Below are positions 13,401 through 24,466 of a DNA stretch of 64,000 nucleotides, piece after piece (positions within the stretch are counted from its first letter, which is position 1; each line of letters begins with the position of its first letter). A program made the translations under genes and the position numbers. The notes beneath the pieces are model-generated. The model searched no databases, was not told the origin of the DNA, and saw only the letters and a program-made list of their open reading frames with translations. The DNA comes from Marsupella aquatica (Eukaryota > Plantae > Marchantiophyta). Location: contig OZ316895.1 of assembly GCA_973895155.1 (NCBI GenBank), positions 6,252,036 through 6,316,035 on the forward strand, given 5' to 3'.

Positions 13401-13872
13401 TAAGACTGGTCTCTTTACCTGCCTTCTCCAAAATCTCCCTAGCATCCAAAGGTAAAGGAATTGCTGCTGGTCTCACTTTCTTCTCCACTGTTTTGTACTT
13501 GGTGTTGACCTCAACAAATTGAGATAACTCGCCATACAGCTCATGATTGATTTCCATATGAGCTTTCCCCTCTGAAAGACCTTCAATTATTTCTTTCAAA
13601 GATATTTCTACTCCTTCTTCATCTAGAAGGCCTTCAATCTCTTCACTTTCCTCTAGCAATCCATGTATTTGCATAGTATCCTCAATCCTTGCAATTTTCT
13701 TTTTGAATTTTTTAGTAGCTTCACACACTTTCACATAAGAAATTCGATAATGCAAGCTTTCACCTTCAAATGAGCTTGCCAACAAACTATTCACATTCCA
13801 AGTCACCAGCGGGTCATTGGCAATGGCGCCCCGCCTTCCCGCATTGCTTAACGAGACGCCTTCCGGAAATCC
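10475..13872 (-). pseudogene. Gypsy pol (RT, RNase H, integrase) with one frameshift (~11670) and one stop (10919)
   Basis: DLYSGYDQF, LPQGATNS and FLDD (RT); VTVDSS and ETDCLPL (RNase H); H..GHRG...CESCQ, VDVVHM, RADRGE, AYNPEGNG and GPF (integrase). No chromodomain at the C-terminus. Confidence 0.93.
13809..13872 (-). promoter_or_regulatory. Putative -1 programmed ribosomal frameshift signal (slippery heptamer plus H-type pseudoknot)
   Basis: Minus strand G_GAT_TTC, 5-nt spacer, stem GGCGTCTCGT/GCGGGGCGCC, loop GCGGG complementary to downstream CCCGC. The -1 frame runs without a stop into the RT ORF. Confidence 0.75.
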
Positions 13873-16415
13873 TCATTTCCCTCCTTGGGTTCAGGTCCTC
13901 TCAACTCCTTCCGATTCCTCCAATGTCCAGGTTTCACTACAAGAAATTGGATAACCCGCAATTCATCCCGACTCCTTACCTTTGCCATATGAGTGCCATC
14001 TGGTAGGACCTTGTATTCCATTCGAGCTTGAGTAATGTAAGGCTGCCCTAGAATGAGATCATAGGGCAAGCTATCATGCACAAAGATGTTAGTTGGTTCT
14101 ATCACATGGCCAACCTTCACTGATACTCGGACAGGGCATCCTCCCCAAAGCATATTCTTTGAACGATTGATTGAGTTGACAGACCATTGAGTATCACAAT
14201 CAATCATCCATTGCCCAAGATCATAGATGCTTCTTGACATTAGATTCACCTCATATCCTGTGTCAATCAATGCTCGAGCTTTGCCCTCCATTCCTACAAG
14301 CTCTACCTCCACAACTGAGCAAGTTCTTGCCCAAAACGGCTCCAAGATGGACTCCTTGTCGTCTCCTGAATCAGAATTCTTCATAGTTGAAGCACACATG
14401 ACCCACACACTTTGTGAGGCCTTGAGCACCTCTTCATGACTAATTTTTGCCATATCTTGGGTCACTGCAAATCCTGTTGTTGCTTTCGCCAATAGTTTCC
14501 ACCTCTCCAATACCTCAACTCCTGACATCGTTGGTTCAGGAACTTCCTTTGCTGAAGACCCTAGCATCTGTGGTCTAGGGATCTTCTCCGCATTTACTTG
14601 ATACACTTCACACTCCACACTGGCCTGAGAAACAATTGAACCTTCTCCATCTTCATCAACATCAGAAAAAACCTCCATTCCCAAGGCATGAGGTCCTTCC
14701 TTGTAAAATCGCTTTCGTTTCACCTTTGCAAGTAATGCATCTTGAGCCTTGGAGTTCATGCAAGCAAAAAACTCCTCATTGGTGACTCCGCTCACCTCCG
14801 CTTTCCAAAACTTCTCAGCAACTTGATCATACGCAATGTGTTGCTCAACATCTCTTCCAAGGACCCAACCAGGTCCTTTCTTTTCCACCTTCTCTTTTTT
14901 TACCACTTCCATCTCCTTTGAGGATGAAGGAGTCGAAGTAGGCTCCTTTGTTGTACTTCCTCTATCTTCAAATCGAACACTCCTCCTTGTTGGGACTCTT
15001 GATGATGGCTGCAAAATAGAGGGTCCAAGCTCAACCTTTTGTTTTCCTTTGGCACGTTCTTCCAAAGGTTCCGACGACTTTCGTTTCTCCTCTACCATAG
15101 AATCCCATAGAGATCCCACTTCTGCAGTGAAAGAAGAGATCAACACTGGATCACTCCAACCTGACTTCCTCCTTACAAACTCTGCTAGTCTCTTCTTGTC
15201 TGTCTCTGTTGATGAAGAACTCCCAAAGAGGGTGTAAACATCTGCTTCATGCTCATCCTGATCTCCAAAAGCTGCTGCAATGGCTGAAGTATGATGTTCA
15301 GTCATTCTTCTCTCCACCAACACCTTCATACCGCCCTTGTTTGTGTTTACTGGAATAAGCTCTCCTGAATCATGATAAGCAAGCTTTCTTATGCCATCAT
15401 GATCAATGAACTTGACTCTTCTCTCTCTCAGAGCAACATAAAGCTCTCCACATTCACGCCTTGAGTGCTCCTTACTATCACACCAAATACAATTCTAACT
15501 CCTTGCTCCGCCAATGGAACTCCCAGCTCCTGGACCACCTCTTGACGCTGATTTTGATGCACCTCCTCCCATCTGCTCGAAGGCTTGGGTGGCAAGAATG
15601 GTAAGATTTTTTATGAGTTCAGACAACTCATCCATTTTGTCCATGCTTTTCTCACCCCTACCAGTTGTTGACTCTATTTTCTCCATTCTCCTCATAGAAG
15701 TCACAGGTGCAACCGCATGTAGAGCACCTTCATGACTCAGCTTCTTTCTTCTATGCTTTTGGCTGACCCTAAGCACAGCAATCTCAATCTCCTCCCAAGT
15801 TGATGGACTGGCTCCACGACTTGGGTTCATCAATTCCAGAGCAAGCTCCAACTCGTCTTGAAGCTTCTCATCAGCAGCTCGGATAAGTAAAGTAGCCTTC
15901 TGTACCTTGATAACTTTAGAACCAATCTCAGGAAGCTGATTGAACTTCTTCGTAAACTCCCTTATCAGTTCTTGAGGTCCCAACTTCTTGCTTCTATCGG
16001 CCACCCAATCAAGGAAAGATGCTTGAGTAACTCGATCTGGATCTTCAAGCTGAAATTCTTCTTTCATCTTCAACTCAAAGACCTTCCATGCTTTCTCCCC
16101 AGTAGCTCCATCTATCAAGGTAGTAACAATTCCCTTGAGTTCAGGTTCTACTAAAGATACAAACTCCTTGACTGCAACTTCTGCATCAATCTTATGAATT
16201 GCAGCCTCCGTCCAGTACCCCTTGAGATACTTGGTTACATTTCGCCCATCAAATTCTCCTTGCTTGGTAAGAACCGAGTGTAGGTACTTCGTGGTCCTAC
16301 CAAGCAACTCCTTCTTCTTGTTCTCCTCCATCTCCTTCTCCTTCATTCCATGTAAGTAAGCAGCAATCAAGGATGAAAACCTCTCCATGTCAGTTGGCTT
16401 CATCTCAGTTCCCAT
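13848..16415 (-). pseudogene. Gypsy gag-protease ORF with one internal stop (15495-15497)
   Basis: FDGRNVTKYL gag region. CCHC knuckle CIWCDSKEHSRREC follows the TAG in frame. Aspartic protease ALIDTGYEVNLMS...ILGQP. Confidence 0.88.
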
Positions 16416-16539
16416 GATTGCAATTCTTCCCTCTTGACTTAATAATATAAACAAGTTAAGAACTCAAAGTTCCAAAACCATATCTCTCTTCATCCAATAG
16501 AACTCAAACATGCACAAGCTAACTTCCAAATCCAGCGAT

Positions 16540-16557
16540 TCCCCAGTATGGTCGCCA
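16540..16557 (-). promoter_or_regulatory. Primer binding site of the Gypsy element (tRNA-Arg-like, imperfect)
   Basis: Minus strand TGGCGACCATACTGGGGA, 4 nt after the 5' LTR; resembles the TGGCGAC...CTGGGGA Arg-type PBS of plant non-chromoviruses. Confidence 0.7.
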
Positions 16558-16561
16558 CTTA

Positions 16562-17720
16562 TGTCCGGGTGACCGTGTTTTCTGGCAAGAGCATGTTGGC
16601 TCTTTTGAAGTTAACCTTGCATGCTTATAAGTTCTACACTAAAATCAAAATGATAATTCTAGTAACAAGGTTAGTGGATATTAAGAAAGGTTCAGATGAA
16701 ACTAAAATACTGTTAAACCCTATTTCACCATACTTGCGGATCAACACATCACGAAAATTAGTTTTCTTACGACATATGATCCTAATATCTCCAAGAGAAA
16801 ATGTAACAGGAATATCATTCGGACTCCTATTCAGATCCATGACTTCAATAAAGGACAAAGATTATGCACTCCCACTCCTCTCGGTACGACACCACTGGGT
16901 ATATTATTGGCTCGTTAGAAACCATAACAGCAGTTGCAAACTGAGCTCCAAAATGATAGGTTAGATGTTGCCTCATAGATGGTTTGTCTAAAAGATGGAC
17001 TCTAATCAAAAACGGATTACGAAGGGGAAGATCAGGGATAACTCTCTCTCCTGGATTCATGATGGCTCATCTATTCCTTTGCTATCCGGGCCAAAGGACG
17101 CCCCACCCCTATATTCCCAAAGAAACCTTATTCCCTAAGGTCCCATCTATAAATCTATCACTCATTCCTTTGTTATCCGGGCCAAAGGACGCCCCACTAC
17201 TATGTTCAAGGCACAAAAGAGCTTCACAACCTTGAATGATAAACACTGCGGAATGAGGGGAGAGTGCCCCTCACCACTTTATTTATAGTGCATACCAAGA
17301 GGGCATGGATCAAGCCCAAGCACTTGGATGAAGGCCAAGTGTCAAACATCTAATACCTAAGAGTGTGCTAGTACTATTCATAGTTGGTGAAACTACTTTT
17401 AGTAGGTGGAACTACCATGCGTTGGTGGAACTACTATGCGTTGGTGGACCTACTATGCGTTGGTGGACCTACTGTGCGTTGGTAGAACTACTATGCGCTG
17501 GTGGACCTACTGTGCGTTGGTAGAACCACTATGCGTTGGTGAATATTATTGTAGTTGGTGGAACTACTCACATGCATTGGTGGAACTTCTATAGTCCGTT
17601 AATATAGCTAAAGAAGTTTAATAAAGTTTAAATTTAATAATTTAACTACTAAATTACTTATATAATCTATAGCATATTAAAACAAACAATTTTTTTATAA
17701 CTTAAAAGAAAATTACGACA
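16562..17720 (-). repeat. 5' LTR of Gypsy element (1159 bp)
   Basis: Direct repeat of 9270-10421 with TGTCC...GACA termini; has one extra 19-bp minisatellite unit (array 17382-17592). Confidence 0.95.
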
Positions 17721-19148
17721 GCGGAGTGCCTTAGCCCGTTGCGACTGGGCCGACCCAGTGCTCATGCCTAGGCCCTCAGGTCTCATCGCCGCTCGGGGCC
17801 CCCGACCGACCTAACTCGGATCGGGCCGTAACTTGCGCCTCAAGCGTCCGTTGCCCATGGCGTCAACTCCATTGGGCTTGGGCCCAAGAGGAGCTCACAC
17901 TCAAGCCCTCAGAACTCAAACTCCATCCGGAGGTCCGGACAACCATCCTTGAGCCCGGCCCATTTTGCCTTGACCCGACCAGCTATCAGCTAGTCCAAGT
18001 CCTTAGTGTGTGTCCCCAGCTTGGCTCCTTGCCTCGCTAGTGCCACGTCTCATTGCCCACAAGTCTCCCCATGCTAAGTCCTCCCCGGATGGCCTATCCG
18101 GGCCTGGACCATAAGGAAGCTCGGCGTCGGAGTCAGCGACATCGGAGCTAAGTGTTAAGGTAGTCGAGTTCCGCGACTGTCAAACACACTCCTGTAAAAA
18201 CCTTGTGACTGAATCCAATCATCAAACTGTTTGTTCCACTGTCTTGGTGATTGCTTCAACCCATACAAGGATTTCAGCAATCTACAAACCAGTTCCTTCT
18301 GTCCTCTCTTCACAAAACCTAGCGGCTATCTCATGAAGATCACCTCTTCCAAGGTGCCATAGAGGAAAGTTGTGACAACATCCATCTGATCTAGCAACAG
18401 ACCAAACATTACAACAAGCACACACAATAGCCGTATTGTTGAGTACTTAGCAAATGGTGAAAAGACCTCATTGTAATCCACACAATCATTTTTCCTGTGT
18501 GAATCCCTTGGCTACCAACCTAGCCTTGTAGACCTTTGATCCACCTCCCGTAGACTAATCCTTCAGCTTGTATATCCACTTGTTGTCCACCACTTGCTGT
18601 CCCTCAAGCAGCTTGACAAGCTTCCAAGTTTTGTTGTCCTTCAATGATTGCATCTTTGTTTGCATTGTTGCAGTCCACTCCTGCTTCTCATTTGAAGCAC
18701 TTGCCTCATGAAATGAAGAAAGTTTCCCTTCTTCCAAAACCAACGCATCACCCTCATCATCAGCTGCAAAATTGTCCTCTTGCAATTGAGATGAATCAAC
18801 CCACTGTCCATACCTAGGAGGAGCGCGTACAATGCGACCAGATGTTCTTCTAGTTGATGACTCCGGTTGAATTGCATCTACTGGTACAATTTGAAGCTTG
18901 GCAGCATCCACTTGCTGCTCACCAGCATCAACAAACTCCTCTTGTTCCTCTGGCATAGGAACCAGCTCCATACTTGGAGCACCTCCTTCTCTCCGATCAT
19001 GCATTTCATGATCAATCTCCCCCTCAACAAGATCCGAAATAGAAGATTTTCCTTTGTCAGTACAGAAGACCTGAGTATTCTCCCCCTCCTTCAATAATCT
19101 GGATTCATTGAAGAAAACATCCCTACTGACAACAAGGTTACAGGCAAT

Positions 19149-20108
19149 CCTTGGGCCCTCACTAAGGGAAATGTAATGAGATATACCTGTGACCAAAGCC
19201 TTCTTAGGTACCCCTTGTTATATTTTGGAGGAACATTTAAATTTATCTTGTTTGTTCTAAAAAGAAATTTTAGTCCTATATAAAATCCTCCTAGGTAATT
19301 ATAATCCTTGATATTTTAGGATTTACTATACCCTTCATTTGTTATAAAAACAAGGTTTAGATGATGCATATAAGCATCTTCTTCACATCGGGCCGTCCAT
19401 TCCAGGGCAACCTCCCATTGAACGACTCCAAGAACCCAAAACCCAGGTTACACCCAAATATGAGAGGGTTGGGGAGGAGGTTTAGGGTTTAGGGTTCTCG
19501 TGTGAGAACTGGTACAAGAGACTAACCCTATCATATACCCTAAACCAATGAGACTATGACTCAAACTATGAGACGTGGACCAATCAAATGCTGACACCTA
19601 TCATGGAGTATTTGCATACCCCACCAGCTAATGTATATAATGGGCAATCAAATTTACAATAGTCTTTATTCCTTCTAACCTAGACTACGCATATATGATG
19701 CCCTAGTTCATTCTAATGTTGTTCTAATATTATTTTCAAAATAGATTTAAAATACCCGTCTGACGTTTGCTACTGTTAGAGCCATCACGGAGTATGTTGA
19801 GCCACTCAAGTTTATCACAAGAATTTTGGGCAGAAGCTGTAAATACTGCAACTTATTTGGAAAATCTTTCTCCTTCTAGTGCAATCAATTTCAAAACGTT
19901 GTTTGAAATGCGTTATAAGCGGCAAGCAGACTATCATGGCTTGGTAGTGTTTGGAAGTGATGCATATGCTCTCACACCAAAGCAGAATATGACCAAATTG
20001 GATCCTACATCCAAGAAATATATTTTTCTTGGGTATCAGAGTGGTGTGAAGGCCTATAGGCTATGGGATCCTATTGCCTGCCCTGGGCCCTCAGCTTATG
20101 AAATAACA
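19149..20108. mobile_element. Non-autonomous TIR element (TIR CCYTGGGCCCTCA, 8-bp TSD ATTGCCTG) split by an inversion that also flips part of the Copia-2 integrase
   Basis: CAGGCAAT|CCTTGGGCCCTCA at 19141-19161 and ATTGCCTG|CCCTGGGCCCTCA at 20073-20093; integrase segment ~19772-20080 reads on the + strand. Confidence 0.75.
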
Positions 20109-21594
20109 AAACACCAGCAACACCATTTTGCTATGGAGTATAAATTATGGTGAGATGGCGAGTTATCCCCTATTTAGCACAGTACTCTTCAAATTCTACT
20201 GAAGTGTACTCCCCACCATTGTCTGACCTCAGACTCTTCACCCTTGTATCCAAAACCTTAACCGTGTTTCCCATCTGCTTCTCCACTTGGGCTTTCTACT
20301 TTATACAAATGGACAAGACATCAGATTTATGCGTCATGAAATAAATCCATACAAATCTTGAATAATCGTCAATAAAGGATACATAGTACAATTTTCCAGA
20401 GTGTGAGGGAGTCGAGGATGGTCCCCACACGTCACTATGTATGTACTCAAGAACCGCTTTGGAACAATGAGTTCCAACACCGAAAGCACGACGATGCTGC
20501 TTTCCAAAAATGTAATGCTCATAGAAATCCAATTTACAAGACTGCAAATAAAAAATGAGCTCATTATTCCGCAAGATAGCCAAACCCTTTTCACTCATGT
20601 GGCCTAGCCGTGAATGCCATAGTTGAGTCATTTCCTCGTGAGACTTGGTTATATTGGCCTCTCCACATACTGTATTGCCCTACAGCACATACAAATTCTT
20701 GTGTCTGCTCCCCTTCAAAATCACTGTCTCTCCCGACATGACTTGAAGTTTACCATCAATTACTCGCCATTGATGACCATTTATATCCAACACACCGAGT
20801 GAAATCAAATTTTTATGCATGCCAAGTACAAACCTGACTCCGAACACTGTGCGCACAATGCCATCAAACATTTGAATCTTTATAGACCCAATACCCTTAA
20901 CTCGACAAGAGTGATCATTTCCCATCAAAACTAAATCGTTTGACACAAAATAAGAATTGAAATACTCACAAATATAACAAATGTGAAAAGAGCAAGCGCA
21001 ATCAAGAATCCACACATAATTTTCTCTCCTAGAGGATGGGCATAGGGTATACTCCTGACTTCATAAAACATACTCATCATTGAGTAAATCAACTTCTCCA
21101 TCAGCACTAGCCACATTGGCTGATGAAGATTCAGCTGCCTTACCCTTACAATCCCTCTTAATGTGACCAACCTTGTGACACTTCCAACAGACTACTAGCT
21201 TTCTCTATTGGGACTTCCTCCTTGAAGCAAATATTGTCCTAGATTTACTTAATCCCTTGCCATTCATGCGCTACTCGGGATGCCGTTGTGACCTCCCACG
21301 ATTCACATTCAAGGTAGCACCAGATGACGATGCTGTCTAGGCTTGATCCAATTTCTTTGTGCATTATCTGACGGCAAAGAGCTTATCACCTCATTGTATG
21401 AAATAGACTTCAGATTTCTATACAAGAGAACCTGCTTCAAACCCTGATAAGATGGTGGTAAGGGGCTGAGAAGAAGCAAGGCCTTGTCCTCTTCTTCAAT
21501 GCCCTTACCGAGATTAGACAAATCAACAGCTAGGCTATCGAATTCATCCAAGTGATCTTGAAGCTTGTTCCCCTCTTTGAGCCTAAGGCTCATC

Positions 21595-21890
21595 CTTGGG
21601 GGTCTCACTACATGGGGACCTCCCCATCACCTGCGACGTTTTTAGGCCTTGGACCCCCTAAAATGTAAGAAAAAATATTATTTTTTAACCCCTATAAAGT
21701 TGGAATATTCTTGGAATATTCCAAAAATTGGATTAAAAAGGCCCTAATGTTCTTATAAGTCTCAAAATTGAATTTAAAAGACCCTATTGTTCTTCTACAA
21801 AAATTCTTAAGTCTTCCCTTACAACCAATAAAATGACCCTATCCTTCGTCGCACATGATATGCCATTTTTGTGGAAGTGAAACCCCCGAG
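21595..21890. mobile_element. 296-bp MITE inserted in Copia-2 gag
   Basis: TIRs CTTGGGGGTCTCAC / GTGAAACCCCCGAG, flanked by GGCTCATC on both sides; removal restores KKSLLMSLRLKEG as in Copia-1. Confidence 0.9.
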
Positions 21891-24110
21891 GGCTCATCAA
21901 GAGAGACTTCTTATACAATCGGTCTGATGCATCCTCTCGATAGTACTTCTCCCTTAGGACTTTGAACAGAGATGCACAATCCACGCAGTCATCCAACTTC
22001 TTGATGATATGCGACTTCAGATAAAGCATCACCGCATTCACTGCAATTACTTGTTCCTGCCTCCACCTCTTTAGTGGAATCTCCTCCTCATCATCGTACA
22101 TCTCTCGTGTAGAGAGAAGATGATCTAGGTCCATAGCACGAAGAACTCATTTCACTTGCTTCTCCCAGAGCAAGTAGTCCGTACGTCCATCATACTTTTC
22201 CACCTCAAACTTGACACCTCCAAACTTGGATGCCATCTATTTTTCCTTCACAACTCCTCTACTCACTGCACCGGTGATCGTACCGATATCACATGCGCTT
22301 CCTCCTGCTCTTCTCTCTCCACCTCAACCCGTCGTGGTAATCTTTGTGCTTCAAGCTCCACATCTTCAAAAATCTCCTTCGAATCACTCATGTAATAAAT
22401 GCAAGAAAAAATGACCTTTTAGTCAACTTCTTCAAAAAAACTCAAAACTTATCACCGCCACGTAGCCCACAAGCCTAGCTCTCCAATGCTGAAAACCAGA
22501 ATCAAAACCAAACTTCGACGTAAAACTTATTCACTTTGGTCGAGCTGGGTAAAACTTGGAATTCTCCCCCGTTTTGACCACCTTGGGGAATAACCAAAAT
22601 GTGAACTAGTACCCGATGTTGGAAATGCAATTTGATTGGTGCACCACATGGCCAACTCTAATAGCTACCTCCTTGCCAAAGATGAACAAAAAAAGTTACC
22701 AATCGGCAGATGGAATCTTTGACGGACGGCCAAAAACATGCTCTCTATTTTTTGGGAATATTCTTGCACAGAGCAGCAGGGCTCATAGGGGGTCGTTCCC
22801 CCTGTCCAAGTGGTTAAAGTGGAGGGTGGTAGGTCCCGGGATCCGGCAGCCAATGGAGAGGGAGGAAAAGAAATCCCAAAAGAAATAAAAACAAATAAGG
22901 CCTAAAGGGGGTTTAAAGCCCCTTTATAAAAATGGGCATTTAACCGGGGTGGGATACCGGGCGGCTACATATGCAGCCGCATACAGGCAGGAGGCACCGA
23001 CCGAGAAAGCACGGTCGCAAAGAGGATCGCCGGGCGGGGAGCAAAAGCTTGAGGGGGAGGGGTCGCCCGGGCCACAACCCGTGGGCAGCAAAGGGTGTGC
23101 GAGGGGGGAAAAAACCGGCTGCGGCGCGCATAGGCAGCAAGGAGGGTGGGGTGGCGGATGGCGAACGGATTGATGAGGCTGGGGGTGAGGAAACGTGTGT
23201 AGTAGACACACACAAAAGTGTGTGTATAAACACACAAAAGTGTGGGGACCCCTAAAAAATACAAAGGAAAAAATTGCCAAAGAACCCAAATTTACACTCA
23301 TCACCGGCAAGGGCCCTAAAGACTCTCCCCTCGAAGGTGTGATGGAGGTAGAGAGAGAGAGAGAGCCATAAATGGAGTATTTTTTGAACAAAAAATTGCT
23401 CCGTAAGAAATCCAAAAATGCTTGTGGAAATCAAATGAGAAGAGCTTGCACCTTGTAACGTTCGGAGTACGGTAAGGAATCAGAAGCCGATGTCGGTGAG
23501 TTGGAATAATTTGCGCACCCGCACCGTTTGCTGGTCAATCAGTGGAAAAAGTTCAGAACTCCTTCCTCCCGTGGGCAACAATGTCAATCTTGGACTCAAA
23601 AGGATCACCTCTTCGTGATCTATCCGTTCAGCCCAAGCACTTCACGTCTCTCCCTCCGATTCGAGCGCAACGACGAGAAACCCCACTCAGGCAAAAGAAG
23701 ACTCCATAGCCGATCAAAAAATCAGAACGCTTATTTTGCTCGTCCCGTTGCACACGGTACTCACTTGGTAACAAATCAGCTACCCCTCCCCCTCACGCAG
23801 AGTTAAAGTATGCAACATCTCCTTTGCCGTAGAGCTCACACCGTCGAGAAAACAAACTCTGGTCCCTCCTCCAAAAAATCGTCGAACACGAATGTTGCCA
23901 ACTTTCTTCACAAAATCCAGAACGACGAAAACTTAGATCTCTCCGCACCACGAACTCCGTTCAGCGATTTCTTTGCACCATTAGAAAGTCCTTGCCCTGA
24001 TCTATCCGTTGAGCCCATAAACTCCAATTTCCATGCGACGAAACTCCGGGAAATCCACCGTTAATTAACGCTGGAAAAACCGTCACGAACACACGTCACC
24101 TCCCAGGCAT

Positions 24111-24122
24111 GCTCTGATACCA
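24111..24122 (-). promoter_or_regulatory. Primer binding site of Copia-2 (initiator tRNA-Met)
   Basis: Minus strand TGGTATCAGAGC, 2 nt after ...CAACA. Confidence 0.93.
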
Positions 24123-24124
24123 AT

Positions 24125-24466
24125 TGTTGAGTGTAGATGACAATCGCAACGGTAAGCACATGACACATCCAACGCGCAAGTAGTCGACACAAGAGATACG
24201 TGATTCACCTCCTCGAGGCTACGTCCACGGGACCACACAAGAGAGCTTTATTGAACTCTAAGCCCATCGGCTATACCAAGTCTCTACAGTGTAAGTTCTC
24301 CTCATCTCTCATGTGACTCCATAACAATGAGCCTAAGTTTCATTATCCAAACACACACCGCTTGACATATAGTGTGCATCCTAGTTAACCTAACCACGTC
24401 TCTGACTATGATTAGCCTAACTACGGTTACATGTCGTAACCCTAGACCTTGAGTAAATACCTAACA
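24125..24466 (-). repeat. 5' LTR of Copia-2 (342 bp)
   Basis: TGTTG...TAACA termini; homologous to 8258-8601. Confidence 0.88.

Larger units (their letters stand above)
9270..17720 (-). mobile_element. Structurally complete Ty3/Gypsy LTR retrotransposon (non-chromovirus), 8.45 kb
   Basis: Two ~1.15-kb TG...CA LTRs, GCGG on both flanks (9266-9269, 17721-17724), PBS, PPT-like tract, gag-PR-RT-RH-INT order. Confidence 0.97.
8602..18178. mobile_element. GC-rich LTR-like segment (8602-9269 plus 17725-18178) inserted in the Copia-2 RT and split by the Gypsy element
   Basis: Similar GC-rich non-coding sequence on both sides of the Gypsy TSD. Copia-2 RT (GFYRSVFD) stops at ~18179 against ...CCGCGAC(T), resembling a TGTCGCGG LTR terminus with one change. 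Confidence 0.45.
18179..22236 (-). pseudogene. Copia-2 gag-pol fragments
   Basis: MASKFGGVKFEVEKYDG, WILDCACSFH, LWHSRLGHMSEKG, IHSDVWGP, KWIYKLK and QWNKQFDD; many stops. Confidence 0.9.
18179..24466 (-). mobile_element. Ty1/Copia element (Copia-2), relative of Copia-1, degenerate, interrupted within RT
   Basis: LTR, PBS, leader, gag, PR, INT and partial RT, colinear with Copia-1; contains two TIR insertions and an inversion. Confidence 0.93.

Noticed and set aside
15495-15497. Programmed stop-codon readthrough in gag
   Set aside because: Context UAG-AAU-UGU does not match the CARYYA readthrough motif; a point mutation such as TGG>TAG is simpler and similar stops are frequent in this window.
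17382-17592. CRISPR-like array
   Set aside because: Units are 19-bp head-to-tail repeats without unique spacers, inside a eukaryotic LTR, with no cas genes.
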